This document shows positions 1 through 13,538 of a stretch of 64,000 nucleotides of DNA, in pieces. Both the position numbers and the translations under genes were made by a program. The stretch spans positions 5,140,759 through 5,204,758 of the forward strand of contig CM119268.1 of assembly GCA_051294375.1 (NCBI GenBank). The letters run 5' to 3'. The DNA is from Paraspadella gotoi (Eukaryota > Animalia > Chaetognatha). Numbering within the stretch: position 1 is the first letter of the stretch; the number at the start of each line of letters is the position of its first letter. Under the pieces are notes generated by a model that was not told where the DNA came from, did no database searches, and saw only the letters and a program-made list of their open reading frames with translations.

Positions 1-529
1 AACTGAAGTGAGATAGGCCGACGGACAGACATACCGACCGATCGACCAACCGACTGATCGACAGACCGACAGAAAAGTGACTTATAGAGTTGCGACTAAA
101 AATAAAGAAAAAAAGAAAAAATAGAGAGAAAGAAAGAAGGAAAGAAAAAAAAGGTAAAAGAGGTGAAATTGAAACTCCACCCGTGAGGAGACGGTGCGTC
201 GACAGTTCACGGACGAACGTTCACGCCGATGACGAGGAAGAAGATGACGAAGAAGACGGTGAAGAAGACGGTGAAGACGACTGTTTAGACGAAGACGATG
301 TGTGCGATGACGACAACGACGATGAAGACAAGGATGACGACGATGAAGGATGACGACGATGACAACGACGACAAGGATAAAAGACGACGAAGAAGAAGCT
401 ATTGACAATGATGATGACAACGTCGTCGTCGTCGTCGTCTTCGTGAAATTTCGCGGATCATTTGGGTTCCCGAAAGAGGAGATAGAGAAAGGGAGAGAAA
501 TAAAAGAGAGAGAGAGAGAGAGAGAGAGA

Positions 530-592
<63 letters not shown>

Positions 593-810
593 GAGAAGAG
601 AGAGAGAGAAAAAAAAAAAGAGAGAAGATGAGAAAGTAAAAAAAATGATAAGAAAAAAGAGAGAGAGAGAGAGAGAGGAAAAAAAAAAGAGAAGAGAGAA
701 AGTAAAAAAATGATAAGAAAAAAAAGACAAAAAAAGAAAATGAAAAAAGAAGACAATTAAAAAAATTGCATGATTATATTCTGCTAAGTCCATCTGCACT
801 CGACTCATCT

Positions 811-846
<36 letters not shown>

Positions 847-1297
847 ACTCTTCTCTCACTCTCTCTCTCTCTCTTCTCTCTCTCGCTCTCTCTTTCTCTC
901 TCTCTCTTCTTCCTTCCGCGTCTCTGTCTCTGTCCGTTTCCAGTTTTATTACTACTCGGCGATAATCCCGGAGACCCTTCTTTTTTCCCAGACAAATTAT
1001 CCTCGACGTCGTCAATCTCTTTTCGGACTCTCATCAAATCCGCGGGAGAGAGAGGGGGGGGTCGTGGGGGCGGGCGAATGGGGGCTGTGATTGAGGGTGA
1101 TCGAGGGGTGGAGTGGGGAACTGGGAAATGTATGCTGCGGTGGCGAAAGTGTGCTAAATTAGGCACAGTGTAGACTGATACCGAATCGAATCTTTAGAGA
1201 GAAAAAGATGAGGAAGAGAGAGAGAGAGAGAGAAGAGAGAGAGAGGGGGGGAGAGAAAAGTGAGAGAGAGAGAGAGACTGAGAGAGAGAGACAGAAT

Positions 1298-1371
<74 letters not shown>

Positions 1372-1428
1372 GAGAGACAGAGAGACAGAGAGAGAGAGAC
1401 AGAGAGAGAGAGCAGAGAGAGACAGAGC

Positions 1429-1459
<31 letters not shown>

Positions 1460-1491
1460 AGAGAGACAGAGAGAGAGAGCAGACAGAGAGA

Positions 1492-1529
<38 letters not shown>

Positions 1530-1929
1530 AATGAGTAGTGCAGTAGTGTGGAAAACGAGATGCACAAAGAACCTGTCTCCACATTTTCGATTCCATTGCA
1601 TCTCGTCTCTAAGTCTCAAAAACTCCGCTCAATTAAACATTAAACAAACTAATTTAAGCAAAGAGCCTAACCTTTTTTTCCACTCGCCTTACCCTTCTCG
1701 GTTTCTCCAGCATCTTTTGAGCCTTAACTTTCCTTTTACTTTACGAGGCTTTTGCCGTATCCTTTAAGCCACAACTTATCTTTTGAGCCTCATCTAACAC
1801 GGCGATGATGATAACTCTCGTTCGAAGTAAATCCCGTCGGTTAATATTTCATTTGTTAGGCGGCGTCGATCTTGAAGAATTTTCACGATGTTTGGCAAAA
1901 ACTTGACCTTACCTGGGGTGAGACTAGAT

Positions 1930-1962
<33 letters not shown>

Positions 1963-2007
1963 CTCTCTCTCTCTCCTCTCTCTTCTCTCTCTCCTCTCTC
2001 TCTCTCT

Positions 2008-2039
<32 letters not shown>

Positions 2040-2159
2040 CTCTCTCTTCTAGTTTTCCTCACCGGTCCTGAGTTGTGAGTCTCAAGTCACGTGACTTCGC
2101 GAATTTGTTTTCGTGCGCAGGTTCATCGGAAGTGGGTCCTGCGTCGAGAGAGAGAGAGA

Positions 2160-2206
<47 letters not shown>

Positions 2207-2298
2207 AAAAAATGCGAATAAAAAAAAGAAAGAAAGAAAATTAAATAACAAATAAATACATTTTTGAATAAATAAATAATAAATAACAATAAATAAAA

Positions 2299-2384
<86 letters not shown>

Positions 2385-2543
2385 ATATATTAAATATTTA
2401 TATAATGAATTAATTCATTAAAAAAGATGTTGATAAAAAGCAAAACAAAGAGAAGAAATTGAGAGAAGGCGAAAAAAAGGGCGAGAGAGAGAGAGAGAGA
2501 CAGGGAGGGAACGAGAGAGGAGAGACAGAAAGGGAGAGAAGAG

Positions 2544-2580
<37 letters not shown>

Positions 2581-2906
2581 TTTCCTTCTGGTGTCAGTGA
2601 ATCTCACAGTTTTGGAAACTGGGAAACGACATCATTGAAGGGAAAAACAGAGCGTGTGTGAGAGAGAGATAAAGTGAGAGTGATAAAGAGAGAGAGAGAA
2701 AGATTGAGGCCTTCTAATTGAAATTAAAAGTGTGTGTTTTATTGCAATATAAGATATCAGTAATCAAGAGATTTTATTCTTTTTGCTAATTTATAATTAG
2801 TGAGTTATCTAAAAAAAGATAGAATAAAAATAAAAATAACGAATTCAAACAAATGACCAACTTTTTTAGACCCAAAATCGATCATCGTTTCAAACATTTG
2901 GGACCC

Positions 2907-2921
2907 GTTACCATAGGAAAC
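2907..2921. promoter_or_regulatory. Candidate RFX X-box GTTACCATAGGAAAC
   Basis: GTTACC-N3-GGAAAC half-site arrangement, in what is presumably a Gfrl intron. Confidence 0.3.
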
Positions 2922-2945
2922 GCGAAAAAATGACGGAAAACGAGG

Positions 2946-2948
<3 letters not shown>

Positions 2949-3040
<92 letters not shown>
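2949..3040. repeat. (GA)n microsatellite, representative of dozens of (GA)n/(TC)n tracts across the window
   Basis: Perfect dinucleotide run. Others include 500-590, 810-910, 1210-1525, 17548-17628, 24030-24172 and 30440-30526. Confidence 0.97.
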
Positions 3041-3042
<2 letters not shown>

Positions 3043-3389
3043 ATTTGCCTAAAATATATATGTCATTTTATGTACGCGGCCAGAATATTGCATACTGCAT
3101 ACTGCATAGTGTAATAATATAGTTCAGGTATAACTTAAACGGGGAATTATTAATGTAAAAGTGAAACCTCGAACTCGTATTCAATAATCAAGAAAGCAAA
3201 AAATTTTTACATCTATTTGGACGAATCTGCGGCAAAAACAATGAAAAGCTGAAAAGAAAGGACGGAACACCTGAAGGTCAACTCAAGGTCAAAAATGGAG
3301 GTCGAAAGGTTTTAGTTAATTTGGGTCAAATGTCAGTCGAAGTTAGATGGAGAATCCGAATCAAGTTGTCAACCTCAATTATTTCAGGA

Positions 3390-3439
<50 letters not shown>

Positions 3440-4015
3440 TGACGACGACGATGACAACGACGACGACGATCGACTCAAATATAGTGTTTGGTCGTCGTCG
3501 TCGTTTTTGTCGTCATCTTCTTCGTCTTCTTTGTCGTCGTTGTTGCTATCTTCATCGTCGTCATTGTCGTCGTCGTATTCGTCGTCTTCCTAGTCTCTTA
3601 TACTCACGGCATATTCTTTGAATGCGTAAACACTTGAGGCCATAACTTGAATGGCTGATGTGACTGTAGTGATGGTTGGGTATTGTTGTCGTCGTTTTCG
3701 TCGTCATCATCTTCGTCGTCGTCATCGTCGTCGTCGCTTTTTTTGGGGGGTCAACGAAAACAAAATATTGTTATACTGAATGAATAAAAAGACTAAATTA
3801 GATGAAAATAAGATGATCAATTAAATCAAGTAAATTAAATTAAAAACCTCAAGAACAAAATCCATAATGTCGATAATAACAACGACGACGACGACGGCGA
3901 CGAAGAAAACGACGACGACGACGACGACGACGACGTTCATATCAAGTCGGTTGGAAGGATTTCGTAGGAAAAAAATTCACATAAAAGAACATCAAAGAAA
4001 AGGAAAAATGGATCA

Positions 4016-4070
<55 letters not shown>

Positions 4071-4143
4071 TATTCTGAATGTGAGGTCATTCATTGCTGG
4101 TCTGTTATGGTCGATTTGAACTGAGATCTTCAAAAAAGTCACC

Positions 4144-4196
<53 letters not shown>

Positions 4197-4753
4197 TTTT
4201 TTTCTTGCTTCACTGTGAAAACCCTTCCCTCTGTCGATGAGGTCAGGCCAAGAGTCGGGAGGTTTTTTTGAGACAAAAGAAAAGAAAAAAAATGAAAAGA
4301 CAAAAAAAGTAAAAGACGAAAGATAAGAAAAGAAAAGTAACGAAAAATTTGGCACAAGAAAAGATAAGAAAGAGAAAAATGAAAGGACAGAGCAAAGAAA
4401 ATAAAGGAAGAGGTTAAGGAAAAGAGAGAAAAGAGAGGAAATTAAAAGACGAAAAAAGAATCAGAAAAGACCAGAAAAATGAAAAAAAAGAAGAAAAGGA
4501 AAAGAAAAAAAACGAAAAGAAAAACAAAAGAAAAGACTTAAAAATGAGAGAAAAATAAAGGAAAAGAGTTTGAAGAGGTAAACTTTATCGACTAATTTAC
4601 ATAATCATTAATCTTTCTTCTTTATCTTGTTTTATTTCATATTATTTATTTATTTAGGATTATTTATTAATTTTTCCTTGTTTTACTTCAAGTACCTTAA
4701 TCTTTTCTCTTTCCGTATTACAATTTTCCTCCCTCTCTCTCTCTATCGTTCCG

Positions 4754-4794
<41 letters not shown>

Positions 4795-5070
4795 TCCCAA
4801 TCTCCCAATCTCCCTTTCATTCCCGCAAGACATGTTATTCGCGGCTTTCCTGTTCACGTGATGGTTTTTCACTGTGATTCCGTTTCAACTTCACGGGTTC
4901 TTCTTCCTCACTTTCGCTTTCAACATTTTCTCCTTTTTTTTCACCATTTCTTTTTAGTCGGATCTGCTGAGCAGCAGATCCCGACTCNNNNNNNNNNCAT
5001 GTGGCACCGTGCGCCCCCCTCAATCTTGTCGGGCATTCACTTATATCATGTCAGGGAAGTGTTTGATTGA

Positions 5071-5305
5071 ACTGGATATGAAGTTTTGATGGAATCGTCC
5101 GAGTGGGAATGAGTTTAAATGGGAAAAAACGAAAAAATATATTTCACTATTTGAACACTAACTACTCAAGACTGGATGGGGCGATTGACCTGAAATTTTG
5201 TCTGTGAGTAGGAAAGTGTGTGATTAAACTGGAAATAATGTTTCAATGGAATCGTTTGAGTGGAAATGAGTTTAAATGGAAAAAAACAAAAACCTGTTTC
5301 ACTAA
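5071..5305 (+). repeat. Interspersed repeat core in about 1.5 tandem units (~160 bp), same family as 20079-20295
   Basis: tggaatcgt..gagtgg.aatgagtttaaatgg occurs twice; gactggatggggcgatt is shared with ~20159. Confidence 0.7.
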
Positions 5306-5660
5306 TTGATTACGCTTCTTTTTTTTATATTAAGTGTAGATGCAAGATATATTTATTAATCAAATAATTAATCAGTTAATTAATCAATTAGTCAATTAGT
5401 TAATCAATAATTAATTAATCAGTCAATTAATCAATCAAAACAAACATTTTGAATGAAATTAATAAATTAATTGCCTAATTAATTAATTAATTAATTAACT
5501 TTAATTAATTAATTTTTAATTAATTACCGATAATGATCGTGAGCAGTAGAGTGGAGCACTCAAGAACAAAAAATTTATTTGAATGATCGAACAATGGTAT
5601 TTAGATGTGAGATAGTATGATTGACTAGTACAAAAAATATTTTGTTCATATTATGTCGGG

Positions 5661-6062
5661 AACAGAATAGTAAAATATAATATATTTGTAGTAATATCCT
5701 TATAAAATAGTAAATTTTAAAAATAATTTTTATAAAACTTTTAATAAAGATTCAGATTCTTCATAAAAAGTTGAATCAAAAATATAAAACATGTTATCAA
5801 AAATTCTGTCATCTTCAATGTTTAAAATAAGAAAAAAGGTGAAAATTCCTGACTTTTTTATTCTCTGTAATAGAAACTTATATATGTTAAAACGTTTTAG
5901 TCATTTTTTGTGATCTAAACATTAAAATATCTTATAACATATGTTATAAAAGTTTTTTACAGCGAATCCAAATCAGTTCTTAAAAATAAAAAAAATTTAT
6001 TTTGAAATTTGACGATTTTATAAGGATATTACTACATAAATAATTGAATTTGCTATACTGTT
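5661..6062. mobile_element. AT-rich fold-back / MITE with ~110 bp imperfect inverted arms
   Basis: tgtagtaatatccttataaaat (~5687) pairs with attttataaggatattactaca (~6015); pairing extends on both sides. Confidence 0.65.
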
Positions 6063-6260
6063 ATGCTAAAAAAAATTTTAAAAGGATTTAAAATTCATTA
6101 ATTATATGTCCATAGGCAGCAAAAAAATAATGTTCAATCACTCAATCTTTTCATCACTCCACCCTAGTGAGAAGATCCGACATTGTTTGCTCAAACTTGT
6201 TTTTTTGATATTTTTCGCGCAATATTTTACTAAATTCTTGATCTCTTCTAAGCGTCAAAA

Positions 6261-6325
<65 letters not shown>

Positions 6326-6664
6326 TCTCTCTCTCTCTCTTCTCTCTCTCTTCTCTCTTCTCTCTCCCTTTCCAAACTGTCTCATCTCGCCATGCCTCCA
6401 TTTCGCGCTCTCCAGTCGCCATCGGTTATATCCGTGATTCTTTTAATTTTTTAGTCTCTGGCATCCAACGACGCACCTGTCGAAGCAGCTGTCGAAAGCA
6501 CCGGTGGCGCCAGAGAAAAAAAAAGAAGATATTCCGAGAAGGACAGACAGAGACAGACAGAGACAGAAAGGATTGAGATGGTGGCATCACATCAAAACGT
6601 TAAACCTCGAGAGGCGAAAAAAGCTTTGGTTTCCCGTAATTCTGAATGAGAATATATATATATA

Positions 6665-6709
<45 letters not shown>

Positions 6710-6851
6710 TTATTTTCGTAGGGCGAGCTAAGATATCGTTGTTTTATGGAGACAGATTCGGCTTTGTTATGCGAATGAGATTAGAAAACGAAATCCGATT
6801 ATTTTTCCGTCTCCTCCTCCCAGATATTAACATAAATTTGTTTTCACATGC

Positions 6852-6905
<54 letters not shown>

Positions 6906-7849
6906 TTATTGTCTATAAATGAAATATGATATATTTTATTTTCGTCGTTGACTATGGACAGCAAGGAGTAGTGAAAGTTGCGAATCAAAATTCGAATAGT
7001 TGATCATAAACCATCTTGAACCATAAAAAAAAAAAAAAAAATTTGAATTTCCGAATTTTTCGCATTAGCCCATATTTGAAAATATTTAAACCCTGTAGTT
7101 TTTGTTAATTTTAATTGATAAAACATGGAAATTTAGAAATCTTATCTCGAGGGCGGCGCCATTAGCCTAACTAAGTCGGCATCAGCCTCGAATCCGATAA
7201 GAGATCGGCCTCTTTCGCCTTCACCCGCTGGAGCCGAGCCGAAGGATCTATTCACTTCGGAGTTCATCGCTTCACCCATCGAGTCGCTCATCGGACTTAC
7301 CGACCTCCGACTAACTTGCTCCATTTCCGCGATTGTATACATTCGTCCTTATTACACCTTTCGCTTTATATTTCTTAGTTTCGCTTACTTTACTGGTCAG
7401 GCAGTTCGGACTCTCCAGTCCCCCAACTGATAATAATATTTTTTATTTTTTATTTTTTCAAGCTCTGCCAGAATCAGTTTTTAAAATTCTGAATGAAAGA
7501 TTTTTTTTATGATTTTTAAATGAGAGTAATACGATAAACTTTAAATGCTTCTATTTTATTAACTATACATAAAATCTTAACATTTTTTTGAATTTCGATA
7601 TCCCTCAGGGATAACGTTATTTATATTACAGAACTCTTAGTTTTTACCTTGTTCAGCCTTAGTGGATATCTCTCGGGTCTGGTTCCAAGCCCGGTACCCA
7701 TTCCATTGCTGCTGAGGGCGCAGTAGTAGTTACAGATCGTATTCCGCCTACTTAGCCCCTCTTCCAAAAGTTTATCACAAGCTTTCAAGCCAAACTTTCG
7801 ATTTCATAAACGCTTCATTGACTTCTGTCACGAGCTTCCAATAACTATC

Positions 7850-8175
7850 TTCACAAACCCTCTCATTGCAGATCATCACAAAATTCCCGACCAATCAATT
7901 AATTAATCACAAAGAGTCTCATTGTCTTTTTATCACAAACCTCCCACTCAATTAATTATTCACAAACTCTCTCATATTATCTCTTTATCACAAACTTCAC
8001 GTCCAATCAATTATTCACAAGCTCTCTCATATTATCTCTTTATCACAAACTTCACACCCAATCAATTATTCACAAACTCTCTCATATTATCTCTTTATCA
8101 CAAACTTCACACCCAATTAATTATTGACAATGTCTCTTATTATCTCTTTATCACAAATTTCTCAGTCATCACAAA
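7850..8175. repeat. 55-bp minisatellite, about 4-5 units
   Basis: Unit attcacaaactctctcatattatctctttatcacaaacttcacacccaatcaatt repeated. Confidence 0.9.
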
Positions 8176-8296
8176 CCGTTTCCATTGTATCGCGAACCGC
8201 CTTCCATTCTTTGCGCCTTCGCATTAATTTTTCAGGTGACGCGTCGAAGACGAAATTTGGGAAGGAAACGCTGGGGGCGTGGTGAGGGGGAGAAGG

Positions 8297-8350
<54 letters not shown>

Positions 8351-8511
8351 CAGAACTTTGACTTTGACTATAAGGACTTCTCATTCTCAAAACTGTCATC
8401 TTGATGGAGAGATAGAAAGATGACAGATATTTCTCTAAATGTAACTTTACTCTCTTGGTTTCCATCTTTTTCTGTCTGTTCTTTTAATATTCACATCAAT
8501 TAATCACCTAC

Positions 8512-8569
<58 letters not shown>

Positions 8570-9037
8570 ATTTAACTCACCGCCGCATTACCCAGATATT
8601 TAACGAAACTATAATTAAATTCAATTTTGAACCTATGACGGCGATATGATTTTTCTTTGTCTTACAATGAATTTATATAAAAATTCTTCTCAACTAACAA
8701 TAAATATGTATAATATATAATATATATAATATTGTATTATTCTTATGCAATGCCCGACTACATATATCTAATTACATTACGTATGTAAAAGACACAGACA
8801 TTCCATCCCGCCAAATTTCCCCCGCGAGTAACGTCGTTTCAAAACCTCATTTGCATATTTGCGTCCGCATTTAAATAGTCGCCTTTGTTTAAACCCCAAA
8901 TTTTTTTAAAAAAGGGAAAAACGATTGTTCTACGAATTACGTCAAAATATTTTTCGATTCCTAATTTCGATCGCATGTAAAGTTTAAAATGAAAGAAATT
9001 CTAACTTAGAAGTTGAACACAATATAAGAAAAGTTAG

Positions 9038-9080
<43 letters not shown>

Positions 9081-10478
9081 CAATTACCTATTTAGAGCAT
9101 AACTAAAATTTTTTCATGGGTCAGTTTGATTTGAAGACCTTCTGGTTTACAATTCTGAGATAACTTTCGTATGACTGAAATAAATTGTTGTATAAAAGTA
9201 GAGATTTTTATTTTATACGAAAAAAGCATTTGGTTTGTTCGGCCTTGGCCAACTATTCCGGTTTTATGCCTGCGATAAGATTTTTTTTATTTTGATTTTA
9301 TTTTTTTTCTTCTTTTTTTCACTGGTGCAAAAAAAAAAAACCGAATCTTGATTTAAAAATTCCGATTCAAGATTTTTTTTTCGTTTTGTTTGCTTCTTTC
9401 TTTTTATTGCTTTTCTTCGCTTTTGTTCGCTTTTTTTTTCGATTTCTTTTGCTTCAGTAATTGTTAGAGTCAATAAAGCTCCTTTATCCCCATATAATTT
9501 AATGAACAAAGCTAAATACGTGTGTCATCCCATCAGTGTAATATTCTAATCTAAAGTAATTTCAGTCTTAAAAGGAAAAGTCTTCTATCATAAAGAATAA
9601 GAAATGGCGAATCAAAACGTCGTCGTTGTTTTCGTCGTCGTTGCTGTCGTCATCGTAATTTCTGTCTTAGTATCAAATTTTTAAAAAAGAATTACCAATA
9701 ATTTTTTTTTTATATTTTTTTATTTATATTTTTTCAAAGGAGTGAAATTTTAAAATATAATTTTTTTTTATTTCTTAAAAACAAACTTTTTGAAAATAAA
9801 AACAAATTTTTATTGATACCAAAAAGTTACATTATCTTTCAGTTGGAAAGAAAATTCATCTCAATATTAAATAAGTAAAGAGAAAAAAAATGTTTATGAT
9901 TTTTTAATGAAAACACAAATGTCGATTTTAACAATAACAAAGAAAGAAAACGGTTTGTGCCTCTGTAGTTTCGATCACGTTAGCTGACTTCAGTTCTTAT
10001 TTAAATAACGTTCAGTTTTTGGAACAGGTTGGCGAGGTTTATTTGTCAACAAACAATTTGGCGACGATAAACGGAGATAAAATGTTTGTTTCATAAAACG
10101 ATGTGTGAAATTACTTCTTAATTTCGAGATTAAAATATATAAAAACGTAAAATATAAAATCAATTAAAAATAAACCCCAACGGCGAGATTACGTAACGTT
10201 CTAAGGCAACGATTCTCTCTCTCGCCTAACGTTAAAAATAATCATGATCTTCTTCACATTCGATACTTTTCTTCGCGCGGAAACGGACGAGGCAAGAACC
10301 CAGATTTAACTCGTCGGCGAGTCCCACGGCCACGGTCGTGTCTAGTCATGACCGGCGTAACAAAACGTTTAGAAAGTTTTTAGCAATTTATTATGAAAAC
10401 CTAACTTATTCCTTCAGTTGACTAAAAATTTATCATGTGAAGTTGTTCCATATCTTATAGACTTAAAGTGACTTTATA

Positions 10479-10537
<59 letters not shown>

Positions 10538-10886
10538 CGGAAAATTGCCAACTCATACATCACTCACTCTCTAGAAGCGTTTTTACATTTCCGTCCAAAA
10601 AAGATGATTAATGTGGCGAAACTTATTTTTTTTATGAAAGTTGGACGTCAATGACTTTTCGTTCTCATTGGAAGGAAAAAGAGGGAATAAAAAGTATTTT
10701 TTAATTGTTTAGTTGAATGAAAAATAAACTGCTTTACCATCGTGTAGATTCATTATTTATTTCCTCTCTCTCTCTCTATCTCTTTCTCTCTCTGTCTCTC
10801 TCTCTTTTTCTCTCTCACTCATTCTCCTACCTTTCCACCGCGAAACGAAAAAGTATTCGCCCTCTTCCGGAAATGAGGGCGACAGA

Positions 10887-10921
10887 CGCGTTGCCAAGGC
10901 GCGGATCTCCTTGGCAACGCG
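10887..10921. promoter_or_regulatory. Perfect 13-bp inverted repeat containing RFX half-sites / X-box ATCTCCTTGGCAAC
   Basis: cgcgttgccaagg-cgcggatct-ccttggcaacgcg. Confidence 0.35.
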
Positions 10922-11560
10922 GACGCCGGGCGTCAATATGACGACGACGAAGACGACAAAGACGATGATGACGAAGACGAAAACGACAACTGGAAATACG
11001 AAGATATAAAATATGTAAAATTTTCACAAATTCAAACCAAAAGCGGAAGAGAAAAATTACAATCAGACACAAAACATAAAAAAATAAGAATAAGAAACGA
11101 CAACTTAAATGCGTTTACTTAATTGTACAATATACATTGTACAACGTCTAATGGTTGGTAACTTTCATCTATATGACAAAAAATATGTTTAATTGATTTC
11201 CTGACCACGTGAAACAAACGTAAAAAACGATGCAATGTTATCGCTTTCATAAGCATGAGAAATAGAAATGGGACAGAAAGACAGACAGACATACCGAACG
11301 AGAGTACTCGCGGCACGACTAAAGAAACGGTTAAATCGGCTGAAAGGATTTGCCAAGATGATTTGGCTAAAGGCGGTTGAACAAACAAAAAAAGAACGAG
11401 AAGAAGAGAGAGAGAGGAGGAGAGAGAGGAGAGAAGAGAGAGAGAGAGAGAGAGAAGAGAGAGGAGAGAGAGAGAGAGAGAGAGATGGGATCAAACGAAA
11501 GGTCAGAAGAGACGCGAGGTTAAATTGTCGCCTCGAATAGCATCTTCGTCGTCGCCATCT

Positions 11561-11593
<33 letters not shown>

Positions 11594-11990
11594 TTGTCAT
11601 CCGTGGAAAGCCGGAAAAAAAAGTGGGCGAAGATTTCGTGAGTTTTTCTTTGCGATTCTTTCCTCTTCTTTTCTTTCTTCACTTTTTAAACTTTTTTACA
11701 TTTTAAATTTGTCATTAATTGATTAAAAATAATCTAAATAAAACGTCGTAACGATTCGCGAAATCATTTCTACGGCCGTCGCAGTTACTTTTTTAAACCC
11801 TTGAACGCGATTTACACATGTTGGCGCAGCCACTGGTCATTTTGTCTAATCCTCATTTTTTCCCCTATCATATTCTCCCAATCTTATCAAAATTCCTTTT
11901 TTTTTCTTATCTCTCCCTCCCTCTCCCCCCTCACCCTTCTCTCTCCATCTCTCTCTCTCTCCTTCTCTTTCCCCCCCTCCCCCCCCCCAG

Positions 11991-12126
11991 GTTTCCCACC
12001 GCGGTTCATCCTTCGGCGACGAAGTCATTAATTTCGACGACGACGACGACGACGACGATGATGACGACGTCGATTACGACGACGACTCTTTCTTTCCGTC
12101 GTCGTCCGGAGAACTCATCACAAAAA

Positions 12127-12185
<59 letters not shown>

Positions 12186-12276
12186 CTACCAGGTTGGCCC
12201 GGGGTCACGGAAAATGGCGTGGCGTCAAAATCGAACAAGGACGACTTCGCCGCGGCGGAAGAACCAACCAACTCAG
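11991..12276 (+). CDS. Gfrl: Gfrl-like gene, internal exon A (acidic/Gly-rich linker: VSHRGSSFGDEVINF-D(n)-...-G(n)-LPGWPGVTENGVASKSNKDDFAAAEEPTNS)
   Basis: C-rich tract plus AG at 11989-90; open frame of 95 codons +1 nt; GT at 12277 (gtggtc, weak). The phase-1 end joins the phase-1 start of exon B. No recognisable domain, so support is splice and phase logic only. Confidence 0.6.
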
Positions 12277-12529
12277 GTGGTCACTTTTTCTTTTTAACGT
12301 TTTGTTGTTGTTATTTGTTTTTGTTTTGTTTTTCTTTTGTTTTTCTCCTTTCCCATTCTTCTTTGACTTTCAAATTGAGAAAAACATAATCGTCTTGAGT
12401 CAGGTGTTTCCGATCAATATGCCTTTCATATATAGTAATGCGATTACCTGGAAACATGAAGTTCGAGGATTGCTAGACAGGGACCTGACGATAATTGTGA
12501 ATATCATTCAAGTTTAACTTCTCCTTTAA

Positions 12530-12628
12530 GGACAAACAGTTTTTGGTATGCAACAACGAATTTTATATTGACATGGAAAGTCGGACATGTTTCGACTCTA
12601 TCTCGAGAGTCTTCATCAGCGTTTTAGT

Positions 12629-12662
<34 letters not shown>

Positions 12663-12922
12663 TAGGGAGATTACAACAAAGAATTGAGAAAGGAGAGTGG
12701 TCAGATGTGAGGACAGGTGAAGGTAAGGGCAAGGAAGAAGATAAATTGGTTGAAATTTGAGAGGTGAAAAAATTAAGGGAGAGAGAGAGAGAAATCAGAG
12801 GCAGAGAAATAGTTACATTTGGCAATGTATAACAAAGTAAAAATGGACAAACTTAATGTTAATCGAGTCCGGCTTTCTATGTCAATATAAAATTCGTTGT
12901 TCATACCAAAAACTGTTTTTCC
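12530..12922. mobile_element. Non-autonomous TIR DNA transposon (MITE), Kolobok-like, in a Gfrl intron
   Basis: ~55 bp TIRs (ggacaaacagtttttggtatgcaacaacgaattttatattgacatggaaag / ctttctatgtcaatataaaattcgttgttcataccaaaaactgtttttcc). Flanked by TTAA on both sides (12526-29, 12923-26), with GG...CC termini. Confidence 0.75.
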
Positions 12923-13247
12923 TTAAATTTAAACGCAACGAAAAGAAAGAATCATAACAACTTCTCCTTTTAATTTTTTTGATTTTTTAATTACATGTAT
13001 TAATTTTTTTCCCATTAATCCTCCCTTTTTTTCTTCCTCCTTTCATTACATCCTTTTCTTCTTCCTCATCTTTTCTCTCTTTTTTCCTTCTTCTTCTATA
13101 ATTTCTTCTTCCTTCTTCTTCCGCCTACTTTCTTGACCCTCTCCCTTCCTCTCCTTTTCTTCCTTACCCTCATTCCTCCCGTCCACCACCCCCCTACAAC
13201 CCCACCCTCCACCACCCTCCTTCCAATCTTACCCCGCCACCCTCCAG

Positions 13248-13538
13248 GCCAGCCCAGCGTCCTCGACATGGTCAACTCTACCTGCGGCGCCGCCATCGTC
13301 GATTGCTCAGGCGACGCCGCCTGCCGCGCGGCGCTCGTCCGCCTCGAACTCGCCTGTCAAACCGTCGGAGCCGGCGGCGCCTGTCGCGTGGACGTCTGTC
13401 GCGCCGCCGCTAGGCGTCTCTACCGCGGGGGCGCCGACCGGCACCAGAAGGCGTTGGCGTTGTGCCATTGCAGGGAGAACGACGACGACTGTTGGCTGGC
13501 CAGAGAATTGGTCCATCCGCCTTGTCTGGAGAGGAAAG
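13248..13538 (+). CDS. Gfrl: Gfrl-like gene, exon B: complete GFRalpha/GAS1 domain (D2-like)
   Basis: Translation QPSVLDMVNSTCGAAIVDCSGDAACRAALVRLELACQTVGAGGACRVDVCRAAARRLYRGGADRHQKALALCHCRENDDDCWLARELVHPPCLERK has 10 Cys with GFRalpha D2 spacing, including the LCxC and terminal PxC motifs. Acceptor ccag at 13244-47, donor gtaatt at 13539; phase 1/1. Confidence 0.92.

Noticed and set aside
82-1619. Long ORFs rich in SLSL/ERER/poly-F (and the many similar ones across the window)
   Set aside because: They are translations of (GA)n/(TC)n and T-rich tracts that simply lack stops; no domain or splice support.
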